This document shows, piece by piece, positions 30,076 to 40,214 of a stretch of 64,000 nt of DNA (position 1 is the first letter of the stretch; the number at the start of each line of letters is the position of its first letter). The stretch comes from an uncultured Cetobacterium sp. (lineage in GTDB: Bacteria > Fusobacteriota > Fusobacteriia > Fusobacteriales > Fusobacteriaceae), in contig CASFCG010000016.1 of NCBI GenBank assembly GCA_949293295.1, forward strand, positions 78,658 through 142,657, read 5' to 3'. Both the position numbers and the translations under genes were made by a program. Below the pieces are notes generated by a model that was given only the letters and a program-made list of their open reading frames with translations, did not search any database and was not told where the DNA came from.

Positions 30076-31482
30076 ATGAAGTACTCTGGAGTAATTTTGG
30101 AAATTTTAAATGGTATTGGTGGAAAAGAGAATATTCAAGGAGTTGCTCATTGTGCTACAAGACTTAGAATTGTTTTAAAAGATAACAACTTATTAGATTT
30201 GAAAAAAATTGAAAATGTTAAGCTGGCAAAGGGAGCTTTTATGGCTGGCGACCAATTACAGATAATCTTTGGAGCTGGTCTAGTAAATGAAATATGTGAA
30301 GAGTTCAAAGAGTATAATGATTTGAAAGATATGTCCTTGGGAGATATTAAAGAGCAAAGTTCTCAGAAGTTAAATCCCGTTCAAAAAATAGTAAAATCTC
30401 TTTCAGATGTTTTTATTCAAATTATGCCAGCTATATTAGCAGCAGCTTTATTGTTGGGATTAACAGGAGTTTTGATGAAACTAGAATTTATTAAAACAAA
30501 TGATTCTCTGTATGCTATTATTAAGTTATCTAGTTTAGCTTCAGCAGGAATCTTTTCAATTTTGCCTATGGCTGTTTGTTATTCTGCTACTAAACGTTAT
30601 GGTGGACGTGGAATATTAGGTATAGTTGTAGGAGCTATCATGTTGGATTCTAGTTTAACAAATGCTTACTTAATCGGAACAAGTAAGTTTGCTCCAGAAA
30701 TTATCAATCTTTTCGGTTTGAAAATAGAGTTAGTAGGTTTTCAAGGAGGAATTATTGTGGCTTTAATGATGGGATTTATAGTTGCAACTTTAGACAAGTA
30801 TTTTGAAAAAAAAGTTCCTGCTGTTCTAAAATTATTACTATCTCCTATGTTAACTGTTTTTATTTCAACGATTTTGTTATTTACAGTAATAGGACCAAGT
30901 GGGCGTTTCTTAGGAGATTTAATTACTGGAGCGTTGATATGGTCTACTCAACATTTAGGTATTTTTGGATATGCTCTTTTTGCTGGAGTTCAACAGATAA
31001 TAGTTATTACTGGATTGCATCATATACTGGGAGCTATTGAAAGTCAATTACTAGCTAGTACTGGAAGAAATTTTTTAAATCCTCTAATGTCAGTAGCATT
31101 GATGGGTCAAGGGGGAGCTGTATTGGGGTATCTATTATTAAACTGGAAAAATGTTAAAGCTAGGGAATTATGTATTCCTAGTTTTATCTCAACATTATTT
31201 GGTATTAGTGAACCAGCCCTATTCGGAGTTAATTTAAGATATAAATATCCTTTAATTGCAGGTTGTATTGGAAGTGCTATAGCAGGAGCTTATATCTATG
31301 TAGTTGGATTAGCTTCTTTGGGATTTGGAACTACGGCTTTACCTGGACTAGCTATTGCAGATCCAACTGACAACGGATATCTTAATTATATTATTGCACA
31401 TTTAATTGCAATTATTGTAGCTATAATAATGTGTTTTATTCTAAATAAATTTTATAAAAAAATAGATTTAATTAAACATTAA
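30076..31482 (+). CDS. scrA: PTS sucrose-family EIIBC
   Basis: HCATRLR EIIB motif, QIIFGAGLV, ITGLHH, GISEPALFGVNL; adjacent to a GH32 gene. Confidence 0.88.
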   Translation: MKYSGVILEILNGIGGKENIQGVAHCATRLRIVLKDNNLLDLKKIENVKLAKGAFMAGDQLQIIFGAGLVNEICEEFKEYNDLKDMSLGDIKEQSSQKLNPVQKIVKSLSDVFIQIMPAILAAALLLGLTGVLMKLEFIKTNDSLYAIIKLSSLASAGIFSILPMAVCYSATKRYGGRGILGIVVGAIMLDSSLTNAYLIGTSKFAPEIINLFGLKIELVGFQGGIIVALMMGFIVATLDKYFEKKVPAVLKLLLSPMLTVFISTILLFTVIGPSGRFLGDLITGALIWSTQHLGIFGYALFAGVQQIIVITGLHHILGAIESQLLASTGRNFLNPLMSVALMGQGGAVLGYLLLNWKNVKARELCIPSFISTLFGISEPALFGVNLRYKYPLIAGCIGSAIAGAYIYVVGLASLGFGTTALPGLAIADPTDNGYLNYIIAHLIAIIVAIIMCFILNKFYKKIDLIKH

Positions 31483-31548
31483 AATTATATTATAATTTAG
31501 TATAATTAAAACTTTACTCAATATTATTGTATCAAGAAGGAGATTAAA

Positions 31549-32970
31549 TTGAATAAAACAGAATATTTAAGTAGATTACAGGAACAAAATAAAATAAAAG
31601 AACTTATGAAAAACGACAAATATTTGTTGAACTTTCATCTTATTCCTCCAAGTGGTTGGCTAAATGACCCCAATGGCTTATGTGAGTTTAAAGGAATAAA
31701 TCATATTTATTTTCAGTATACTCCCTTTTCGCCTGAATGGGGAATGAAATTATGGGGTCATTATTCAACTAAAGATTGGATAACATATGTTGAGGAGGAG
31801 CCCTTTTTATTTCCAGATATAAAAGATGATAGAGATGGCGTATATAGCGGTTCTGCTTTTATAAAAAATGAAAATATTTATTTCTTTTATACTGGAAATG
31901 TAAAATACACAGATAAAAGTTACGATTATATAAAATCAGGACGTGAACAAAATACTATTTTAGTGATATCTAAAGATGGATATTCTCATTCGCCAAAAAA
32001 AGTTCTTTTACAAAATAAAGATTATCCTCATATGAGTTGCCATGTGAGAGACCCACAAATCTTCGAAAAAAAAGGTAACTATTATATGAGTTTAGGAGCT
32101 AGAGATATTGAAGATAAGGGTTGTATTATAATATATAAATCTCATGATTTATTGAGTTGGGAATATTTTATAAAAATTCAAACAACAGAGAGATTTGGTT
32201 ATATGTGGGAATGCCCGAACTTAGTTGAAATCTCTGGAAAACTGTTTTTAATCTGTTGTCCACAAGGAGTTCCTCAAAATGGAATTAATTTTGAAAATAT
32301 TTATCAGTATGGATATTTTCCATTAGAAATTAATTTTGAAAAAAAAGAATACAAGTTAGAAGAATTTATAGAATTAGATCGTGGATTTGATATTTATGCT
32401 CCACAAGTTTTTACCGATGAGAAAGGGCGTAAAATATTATTAGGGTGGATGGGAATACCTGATGCTGAATATACCAATGAACCTACTATTACACATGGTT
32501 GGCAACATGCTTTAACACTTCCTAGAGAACTCAAGGTTATTGGAAATAAAATTTATCAACTGCCGTTGAAAGAACTAGAAAAACTAAGACTAAAAAAAAG
32601 CAGAGATTTTCTATATAATTCTAAAAATGTGGAGATTAATCTTAAATTTAAAGAATGTATGCAGTTAAAATTAAATTTAAGAGATAGTATTGAATTAATT
32701 TATGAAAAAAATATCTTTACATTAAACTTGGAAAAATGTGGTTATGGAAGAAAGGAAAGAAGAGTTCATTTAGATAGGTTAGTAAGTCTACAGATTTTTT
32801 TAGATAATAGTTCAATCGAAATATTTATTAATTCTGGAGCAGAAGTGTTTTCGGCTCGATGTTATTGTGAAAATTTGGAGAGTAATTTAAAACTTAATGG
32901 AGATTATATAATTGAAGACTTTGTATGGTATGAGCTAAAAAATTTTGAAATAAAAAATAGGAGGGGTTAA
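31549..32970 (+). CDS. scrB: Sucrose-6-phosphate hydrolase (GH32)
   Basis: WLNDPNG, YSGSA, RDP, WECP, YAPQ; TTG start; no signal peptide. Confidence 0.93.
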   Translation: MNKTEYLSRLQEQNKIKELMKNDKYLLNFHLIPPSGWLNDPNGLCEFKGINHIYFQYTPFSPEWGMKLWGHYSTKDWITYVEEEPFLFPDIKDDRDGVYSGSAFIKNENIYFFYTGNVKYTDKSYDYIKSGREQNTILVISKDGYSHSPKKVLLQNKDYPHMSCHVRDPQIFEKKGNYYMSLGARDIEDKGCIIIYKSHDLLSWEYFIKIQTTERFGYMWECPNLVEISGKLFLICCPQGVPQNGINFENIYQYGYFPLEINFEKKEYKLEEFIELDRGFDIYAPQVFTDEKGRKILLGWMGIPDAEYTNEPTITHGWQHALTLPRELKVIGNKIYQLPLKELEKLRLKKSRDFLYNSKNVEINLKFKECMQLKLNLRDSIELIYEKNIFTLNLEKCGYGRKERRVHLDRLVSLQIFLDNSSIEIFINSGAEVFSARCYCENLESNLKLNGDYIIEDFVWYELKNFEIKNRRG

Positions 32971-35147
32971 TGAACATTGTTTTTGAAAAAGAAAGTCAAC
33001 GCTTTTTTATCAACACTAAAAATACGACATACATAATCGAAATTGTAAAAAATGAATTTTTAGCTCATCTTTATTGGGGGAAAAAAATTGAAAATTACTT
33101 TGGAAGTAATAAAATAATGTTCAGAGATAGAGGGTTTAGTCCAAATATTTTTAAAGAGGATAGAACTTTTTCTTTGGATACTTTACCACAAGAATATCCT
33201 CAATATGGAAATGGAGATTTTAGACCGTGTGCTTATCATATAATAGATAAAGATAATAATACTTTTAGTGATTTAAGATATATTAGTTTTGAAATTTTGA
33301 AAGAAAAACCTAAATTAAATGGATTACCTAGTTCTCATGGTGAAAAAATTGAAACATTGGTTTTAACACTTCTTGATGAGATACTTGGACTTGAAGTAAA
33401 ATTATATTATAGTGTTTTTTACGACAGTGATGTCATTGTTAGAAGAACCTCTTTCAAAGCTTTAAAAGATGAGATTATATTAGATAGAATGTTAAGTGCT
33501 AATGTTGATTTTAGAACTGATAATTTTGATTTACTCTCTTTATATGGAGCTCACAATAATGACAGAAATATTGATAGAAGACCTCTTACTAGTGGAACAT
33601 ACGTATTAGAAAGTACGAGAGGAGCTTCCTCAATGCATCAATCCCCTTTTATTGTATTGATTGATAAGGAGGGAACTGAAAATTATGGAGATGTTTATGC
33701 TATGCAATTTATCTATAGTGGAAGTTTTTATTCAGCTGTCCATGTAGACCAATATAGAAATGTCAGAATGCAAATGGGATTACAGCCTTTTGATAATAAT
33801 TGGATTTTAGCAAAAGGTGAAACTTTTGATACTCCAGAAGTGGTTCTTGCTTATAGTAACTCTGGATTAACGGGACTCTCTAATCAATTACATCATTTTG
33901 TTAGAAACCATATCATAAAAGAGAAATGGAAGAATAAAGCTAGACCAATACTCATAAATAATTGGGAAGCTACGTATTTTAATTTTACAGAAGAAAAATT
34001 ATTAGCTTTAGCTAAAGAAGCCAAAGAAATAGGAATAGAATTATTTGTTTTAGATGATGGTTGGTTTAAAAATCGTAATAGTGATACTTCTTCTCTCGGA
34101 GATTGGGAGGTAGATAGAAATAAATTGCCGAATGGAATAGATGGTTTAGCTGATAAAATTCATTCTATGGGATTAAAGTTTGGAATTTGGTTTGAACCTG
34201 AAATGATAAATGAGGATAGTGAACTGTATCGTTCTCATCCTGAATATACAATTCAAATTAAAAATCGAAATCTGATTTATGGCAGAGGGCAGTTTGTATT
34301 GGATTTATCTAATAAAGAGGTGTGTAACTTTATTATAGAAAGTATTTCTAAAATATTAGATAGTCAAAAAATAGATTATGTAAAATGGGATATGAATAGA
34401 CATATAACTAATGCTGGTTCATTATTTCTTAACTCTAAAAATCAAAGAGAGTGTACACATCGTTATATGCTAGGTCTATATTATATTGTTGAAACTCTAG
34501 TAGAAAAATATCCAGATATTTTATTTGAAAGTTGTTCTAGTGGAGGGGGAAGATTTGATTTAGGTTTGTTGTGTTACATGCCTCAGACTTGGGCAAGTGA
34601 TAATACTGACGCAATTTGTAGAAGCAAAATTCAGTATGCTACAAGTTTAATGTACCCTAGTCTAGTAGTAGGTTCGCATGTATCTGTCTGTCCTAATCAT
34701 CAAGTTGGTAGAATTACCCCTTTAGAGACTCGTTTCAATATAGCTCTATGTGGAAATTTAGGATATGAACTAGATTTAACTCTACTTTCAAACGAAGAAA
34801 AATCTGAAATAAAAAATCAAATTAAGTTTTATAAGAAAGTTAGGGATATTGTTCAGTTTGGAGATTATTATCGTTTGTTAAACCCATTTACTACAAATGA
34901 ATATGCTGTGAATTTTGTTTCGAAAAATAAGGAAGAAATTATAGTGGTATACTTAAAAGTTTTAAGTGAACCCGCTGCCCCTTTTCATATATTGAAATTA
35001 AAGGGATTAGATGAAAACTCTTTGTATGTAGATACTGTAACTAATAACGTCTATAGTGGAGCTGAATTAATGTATGCTGGACTTTCGCTTGAAAATGTAA
35101 AACAAGATTTTTACAGTAAAAAATGGTATTTTAAGAAGTTTAATTAA
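32970..35147 (+). CDS. Alpha-galactosidase (GH36)
   Basis: NNWEATYF, LFVLDDGWF, FGIWFEPEM, YVKWDMNR, CSSGGGRFD, WASDNTDA; no signal peptide. Confidence 0.95.
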   Translation: MNIVFEKESQRFFINTKNTTYIIEIVKNEFLAHLYWGKKIENYFGSNKIMFRDRGFSPNIFKEDRTFSLDTLPQEYPQYGNGDFRPCAYHIIDKDNNTFSDLRYISFEILKEKPKLNGLPSSHGEKIETLVLTLLDEILGLEVKLYYSVFYDSDVIVRRTSFKALKDEIILDRMLSANVDFRTDNFDLLSLYGAHNNDRNIDRRPLTSGTYVLESTRGASSMHQSPFIVLIDKEGTENYGDVYAMQFIYSGSFYSAVHVDQYRNVRMQMGLQPFDNNWILAKGETFDTPEVVLAYSNSGLTGLSNQLHHFVRNHIIKEKWKNKARPILINNWEATYFNFTEEKLLALAKEAKEIGIELFVLDDGWFKNRNSDTSSLGDWEVDRNKLPNGIDGLADKIHSMGLKFGIWFEPEMINEDSELYRSHPEYTIQIKNRNLIYGRGQFVLDLSNKEVCNFIIESISKILDSQKIDYVKWDMNRHITNAGSLFLNSKNQRECTHRYMLGLYYIVETLVEKYPDILFESCSSGGGRFDLGLLCYMPQTWASDNTDAICRSKIQYATSLMYPSLVVGSHVSVCPNHQVGRITPLETRFNIALCGNLGYELDLTLLSNEEKSEIKNQIKFYKKVRDIVQFGDYYRLLNPFTTNEYAVNFVSKNKEEIIVVYLKVLSEPAAPFHILKLKGLDENSLYVDTVTNNVYSGAELMYAGLSLENVKQDFYSKKWYFKKFN

Positions 35148-35161
35148 TAAAGGAGGTTAAA

Positions 35162-36022
35162 ATGTTAATAGGTGCGATAGAGGCTGGAGGAACAAAATTT
35201 GTGTGTGGTGTGGGAAATGAAAAGGGAGAGCTCTTTGAAAGAGTTAGTTTTCCGACAGAAACACCTGAAATTACTTTGACAAAAGTTGTGAATTTTTTTA
35301 AAGATAAAAATATTGAGAGATTAGGGATAGGTTCATTTGGTCCAATAGATGTAAATCCTAAATCCAAAACTTATGGCTATATAACTAAAACTCCTAAATT
35401 ATCTTGGACAGATTGTGATATAGTGGGATATTTAAAGAAATATTTTAATATACCTATATTTTTCGATACTGATGTAAATGGAGCGGCTCTAGGAGAATCT
35501 ATTTGGGGAGCAGCGAGAGGATTGGAGAACTGTCTTTATATCACAATAGGAACTGGAATAGGTGGTGGAGCTCTTGTATCTGGTAAATTAGTACATGGTA
35601 TGTTACATCCAGAAATGGGACATATAATATTAAGAAGACATACAGAAGATGCTTACAAGGGGAGATGTCCATTTCATAAGGATTGTTTTGAAGGTCTAGC
35701 ATCAGGTTCAGCCATAGAGGATAGATGGGGAAAAAAAGGATATGAATTACCTGCAGACCACAAAGCATGGGATATAGAAGCTTATTATATAGCTCAAGGA
35801 TTAGTTAACTTTATTTTAACACTATCACCAGAAAAAATTATTCTAGGTGGAGGAGTAATGAAACAAAAGCAATTATTTCCAAAGATAAGAAAAGAGGTAG
35901 TTGAGTTATTGAAAGGATATGTTCAAACACAAGAGATATTAGAAGATATTGATAACTATATTGTTTATCCAGAATTAGGCGATAATGCTGGACTTTTAGG
36001 AGCTCTGGCTTTAGCATTATAA
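35162..36022 (+). CDS. scrK: Fructokinase (ROK family)
   Basis: IEAGGTKFVC, GSFGP, TDVN, TIGTGIG, HPEMGH, CPFHKDCFEGLASG. Confidence 0.93.
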   Translation: MLIGAIEAGGTKFVCGVGNEKGELFERVSFPTETPEITLTKVVNFFKDKNIERLGIGSFGPIDVNPKSKTYGYITKTPKLSWTDCDIVGYLKKYFNIPIFFDTDVNGAALGESIWGAARGLENCLYITIGTGIGGGALVSGKLVHGMLHPEMGHIILRRHTEDAYKGRCPFHKDCFEGLASGSAIEDRWGKKGYELPADHKAWDIEAYYIAQGLVNFILTLSPEKIILGGGVMKQKQLFPKIRKEVVELLKGYVQTQEILEDIDNYIVYPELGDNAGLLGALALAL

Positions 36023-36024
36023 TA

Positions 36025-36061
36025 AAAAAAGTTGATAAGGTATCCTCTTATCAACTTTTTT
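36025..36061. terminator. Terminator after scrK (copy 2 of a repeated hairpin)
   Basis: AAAAGTTGATAAGG-tatcct-CTTATCAACTTTT. Confidence 0.8.
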
Positions 36062-36132
36062 AATAACTAAAAATAAGTAAGAGGAGAGAGTTTAAAAAAA
36101 TATTTAATCGCAAGAATAGATATTATTTAGTA

Positions 36133-36189
36133 CTACAATATATAGTGTGTACAATATAAAAAATAAAATATTATCTCTATATATAGTGT
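36133..36189 (+). promoter_or_regulatory. Tandem NrdR boxes
   Basis: CTACAATATATAGTGT (36133-36148) and TCTCTATATATAGTGT (36174-36189) match the acaCwAtATaTwGtgt consensus; upstream of nrdD. Confidence 0.8.
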
Positions 36190-36403
36190 TTTACAGAATA
36201 GAAAAATGGTTTTTTTTTGAGCTTGAAAAAAATAATATGATTATTTTTTGACTAATTTTTATTGGAAAAAATTTATATAAAAGAGTGTCAACTGTTTTTT
36301 TTAACCAGATTTTTAATTTTTTGTGCTATTTAGAGAAGTTGCATGTAAAATTATAATTTTGTATAATGACACAGATAGAATGAAACTTGATGAGGTGATG
36401 AAG

Positions 36404-38593
36404 TTGAAACAAGTTATTAAAAGGGACGGAACTATAGTTGCATTTGATAGAGAGAGAATTGTAAGAGCTATTAGTTTGGCTTTTAATCAAAAAAAAGTGC
36501 CATTAAATAAGGCGTTAATTGATGAAATAGCTACTTATATTCAAAACTTGGAAGTTGATATGCTCTCTGTTGAAGAGATTCAGGATATAGTAGTAAAAAA
36601 ATTAATGAGTTCTTCTGAACAAGATATAGCTTTATCTTATCAGGAATATAGAACAATAAAAAATGAACTTAGAAAAAAGGAACAAGTTATATATAAAAAA
36701 ATATCCGAGTTAATAGATGCATCAAATGAAAAGTTAATGAATGAAAATGCTAATAAAGATAGTAAAACGATATCTGTTCAACGAGACCTTTTAGCAGGGA
36801 TATCATCAAGAGATTATTATTTAAATAGAGTTCTACCTACAAATATAAAAGAAGCTCATGAAACGGGTAGAATACATGTTCATGATTTGGATTATCTTTT
36901 GTTTAGGGAGACTAATTGTGAACTTGTAAATGTTGAAAGAATGTTAAAAAATGGATGTAATATAGGAAATGCAAAGATGTTGGAACCGAACTCTGTAGAG
37001 GTTGCTGTTGGGCATATTGTTCAAATAATTGCTTCAGTTTCCTCGAACACTTATGGAGGATGTTCAATTCCTTATTTGGATAGAGCTTTGATTTCTTATA
37101 TAAAGAAAAGTTTTAAAAAGCATTTTGTAAGGGGATTGAAATATATAATAGGAAGTAGTGATGATGAGATAAATGAGATTACGAAAAATCAATCCATTGA
37201 ATATGACAATCAAGAGTTAAAACAAAACTACCCTAAAGTATTTGAATATGCATGTGATTTGACAGAGGAATCAGTGAAACAATCTATGCAAGGGTTAGAA
37301 TATGAGATTAATAGTTTATCGACAGTTAATGGACAAACCCCTTTTACAACAATTGGGATAGGAACAGAGACAAGTTGGGAAGGAAGATTGGTTCAAAAAT
37401 ATGTATTAAAAACGAGAATGAGTGGTTTTGGAGCTAAAAAAGAGACTGCAATCTTCCCGAAAATAGTATACTCAATATGTGAAGGATTGAATTTTCAGCC
37501 AAATGATGTGAACTGGGATATCTCACAATTAGCATTCGAATGTATGACGAAGTCTGTATATCCGGATATCTTATTTATAACACAGGAGCAATTAAAAAAT
37601 GGGACAGTCGTATACCCTATGGGGTGTAGAGCTTTTCTATCTCCTTGGTTTAATGAGAGTGGAAAAGAGGTCTATAATGGTAGATTCAACATTGGAGCTA
37701 CTACAGTAAATCTTCCTAGAATCGCAATAAAAAATAAAGGAGATTTACAAGGATTCTATAAAGAATTAGATGAAGTATTAAATATTTGTAAAGAAAATAG
37801 TGTTTTTAGAGCCAAATATCTTGAAAATACGCCAGCGGAAGTGGCTCCAATTTTATGGCAGTCTGGAGCTTTAGCAGAGAAACAACCAAAAGAGACAATT
37901 AAAGATTTAATTTGGGGAGGGTACTCCACTGTTTCGATTGGATACATAGGGCTTAGTGAGGTTTCAGAGTTAATATTTGGAAAGAATTTTGCCTTGGATG
38001 AGCAAGTTTGGGAAAAAACAATGGATATTTTAAGATATATCAGAAGAAAAGTTGACGAATTTAAACAAGAAACAGGATTGGGATTTGCACTTTATTCAAC
38101 GCCATCGGAGTCGTTATGTGATAGATTTGCTCAAATAGATTATAAGGAGTTTGGTTCTATCTTAGGAATAACAGATAAAGGATACTATGATAATTCATTT
38201 CATGTTTCTTCAAGAATAAAGATAAATCCTTTTGAGAAGTTAAGATTAGAGGCTCCTGGGCATATAATTGCATCAGGTGGTCATATAAGCTATATAGAAA
38301 CAGATTCTTTAAAGAATAATTTAGAAGCTGTCTATGAGGTTTTAAAATATGCAAAATCTGTAGGAATTCACTATATGGGAATTAATCAACCTGTTGATAA
38401 GTGTCATATTTGTGATTTTTCTGGAGAGTTTTTGGCGACGGAGAAGGGATTTGAGTGTCCACAGTGTGGAAATAATGATTCATTAAAAATGAATGTAATC
38501 AGACGTGTATGTGGTTATCTGGCTCAGCCCGATTCGCGACCATTTAATAAAGGAAAGCAAAAAGAGGTTATAAATAGAATTAAACATATGTAA
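36404..38593 (+). CDS. nrdD: Anaerobic ribonucleoside-triphosphate reductase (class III)
   Basis: ATP cone VIKRDG, HVHDLD, PMGCR, TPSES, CxxC...CPxCG, RRVCGYL glycyl radical site. Start likely TTG 36404 after GAGGTG (alternative ATG 36398). Confidence 0.96.
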   Translation: MKQVIKRDGTIVAFDRERIVRAISLAFNQKKVPLNKALIDEIATYIQNLEVDMLSVEEIQDIVVKKLMSSSEQDIALSYQEYRTIKNELRKKEQVIYKKISELIDASNEKLMNENANKDSKTISVQRDLLAGISSRDYYLNRVLPTNIKEAHETGRIHVHDLDYLLFRETNCELVNVERMLKNGCNIGNAKMLEPNSVEVAVGHIVQIIASVSSNTYGGCSIPYLDRALISYIKKSFKKHFVRGLKYIIGSSDDEINEITKNQSIEYDNQELKQNYPKVFEYACDLTEESVKQSMQGLEYEINSLSTVNGQTPFTTIGIGTETSWEGRLVQKYVLKTRMSGFGAKKETAIFPKIVYSICEGLNFQPNDVNWDISQLAFECMTKSVYPDILFITQEQLKNGTVVYPMGCRAFLSPWFNESGKEVYNGRFNIGATTVNLPRIAIKNKGDLQGFYKELDEVLNICKENSVFRAKYLENTPAEVAPILWQSGALAEKQPKETIKDLIWGGYSTVSIGYIGLSEVSELIFGKNFALDEQVWEKTMDILRYIRRKVDEFKQETGLGFALYSTPSESLCDRFAQIDYKEFGSILGITDKGYYDNSFHVSSRIKINPFEKLRLEAPGHIIASGGHISYIETDSLKNNLEAVYEVLKYAKSVGIHYMGINQPVDKCHICDFSGEFLATEKGFECPQCGNNDSLKMNVIRRVCGYLAQPDSRPFNKGKQKEVINRIKHM

Positions 38594-38607
38594 TTGAGGG
38601 AGAATTT

Positions 38608-39117
38608 ATGAATTTTTCTGATATAAAATATACAGATATGATTAATGGAGAGGGAATACGTGTGAGTATTTTTGTCAGTGGATGTTCCCATATGTGTAAA
38701 GGATGTTTCAATGTGGATACTTGGAATAAAAACTATGGAAAGTTGTTTGATGGTTATGTTGAAAATGAAATATTGGAGTATTTTAAAAGATACAGAAATT
38801 CATTAAAAGGTTTATCATTATTAGGTGGAGACCCGACTTTTTCCGAAAATATTGATGCATTGGTTTCATTTATTAAAAGATTTAGAGCGACTTTTCCAGA
38901 AAAAGATATATGGATATGGTCGGGTTATAAATGGGAGGAGATAGTGAAGGATATAAAGCTTTTCTCATTGATTGAGTTGTGTGATATTTTAGTTGATGGA
39001 AAATATGTAGAAGCAGAAAAGGATTTAACTTTGAAGTGGAGAGGAAGTAGAAATCAAAGAGTCATTGATATAAAGCAAAGTTTAGAGTTAAATAGATTAG
39101 TTAAATACTCTGATTAG
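38608..39117 (+). CDS. nrdG: Anaerobic RNR activating enzyme
   Basis: NGEGIRVSIFVSGCSHMCKGCFN, LGGDP, DILVDG, WRGSRNQR. Confidence 0.96.
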   Translation: MNFSDIKYTDMINGEGIRVSIFVSGCSHMCKGCFNVDTWNKNYGKLFDGYVENEILEYFKRYRNSLKGLSLLGGDPTFSENIDALVSFIKRFRATFPEKDIWIWSGYKWEEIVKDIKLFSLIELCDILVDGKYVEAEKDLTLKWRGSRNQRVIDIKQSLELNRLVKYSD

Positions 39118-39125
39118 TGAATTAT

Positions 39126-39195
39126 GAAAACTAATGATTTTTAATCATTAGTTTTTTTATTAAAAAAGCTAAAGAACATTTTAATCTTTAGCTTT
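39126..39195. terminator. Two tandem hairpin terminators between convergent nrdG and the radical SAM gene
   Basis: AAAACTAATGATT-ttt-AATCATTAGTTTT and AAAGCTAAAGA...TCTTTAGCTTT. Confidence 0.75.
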
Positions 39196-40214
39196 CAGTT
39201 AATATTGATATAAATTTTATGAACAGGAACATATTTTATTAATTGATTTTTAACAAATTCAATTATTTTGCTATTTCTCTTATCATCATAGGAGTATACG
39301 CCATCTTTACAAGAAAAGGGATAAGAGAGAATCAGAGAGTTCGGATTGTTTTTCCTCATTCGCTTTAAATACTCTTTTGAGATTCTAAAACTTCCAATAC
39401 TAATATCTAAAATTTTTTCTCCATCCACTATATTAAAGCATTCATTTATCATATCTGAATAATATTTTTCAAAATTTTTTATATATAATAATGGGTCAAA
39501 GCACAATCTTATATTCCAACCTAATTCAATTAATTCTTTTATGGCTTTTAATCTCTTTTTAAATGGGGGAGTTCCCATTTCATGTATAATAGAAAGTTGT
39601 TCTGGAGATAATGTATATGCGATAATAAAGTTGTTTAGAGGCTTTAATCGCTTTAGTTTCGATATATTTATACTTTTTGTTCGCAATTCAATTTTTAAAT
39701 CTGAATTTTTTTCTAATAATTGGTACCATAGTTCTACTAATCCGATTAAATTATCAATGGCTAATAAATCAGTATCATAGGATATACATATATATAGATT
39801 TTTCTTTTCTAACAAAATTTTTTTTATCTCTTCAAACATCTCATTAATATTTACAAAAACAACTATATTTCCAGAATTATACACACCTTGCAAATAACAA
39901 TATTCGCAGTTATAAAGACAATTCATAATAGAGGATGTATAATAGAAATTGCTATTTTCAAAACTTTGACATACTTCAGCTCCTTTGTAGAGATAATTAT
40001 CTTTTTTTACTGCTAAAATCAATTTAGGTGAATTTTTTTGTATAGAGAAATTTTGATTAGAGTTTGAGAAAACATCTTTATATCTGTCAATTTCTATTAT
40101 TTTGGAGTTTAATTTTCCAATTATTTCGGAGGTTAGAGGATAAAGGAATGCTTCTTTTTCAACGTAAATATGAGAAAAACTAGGATTCCATAATCTCGTT
40201 TCTAATTTTTTCAA
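39195..40214 (-). CDS. Spore photoproduct lyase (SplB)-like radical SAM protein
   Basis: CLYNCEYCYLQG, VFVN, ELRTKS, E-x-GTP...RL, FDP motifs; TTG start with GAGGTG RBS inside the upstream gene. Confidence 0.82.
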   Translation of the reverse strand: MKKLETRLWNPSFSHIYVEKEAFLYPLTSEIIGKLNSKIIEIDRYKDVFSNSNQNFSIQKNSPKLILAVKKDNYLYKGAEVCQSFENSNFYYTSSIMNCLYNCEYCYLQGVYNSGNIVVFVNINEMFEEIKKILLEKKNLYICISYDTDLLAIDNLIGLVELWYQLLEKNSDLKIELRTKSINISKLKRLKPLNNFIIAYTLSPEQLSIIHEMGTPPFKKRLKAIKELIELGWNIRLCFDPLLYIKNFEKYYSDMINECFNIVDGEKILDISIGSFRISKEYLKRMRKNNPNSLILSYPFSCKDGVYSYDDKRNSKIIEFVKNQLIKYVPVHKIYININ

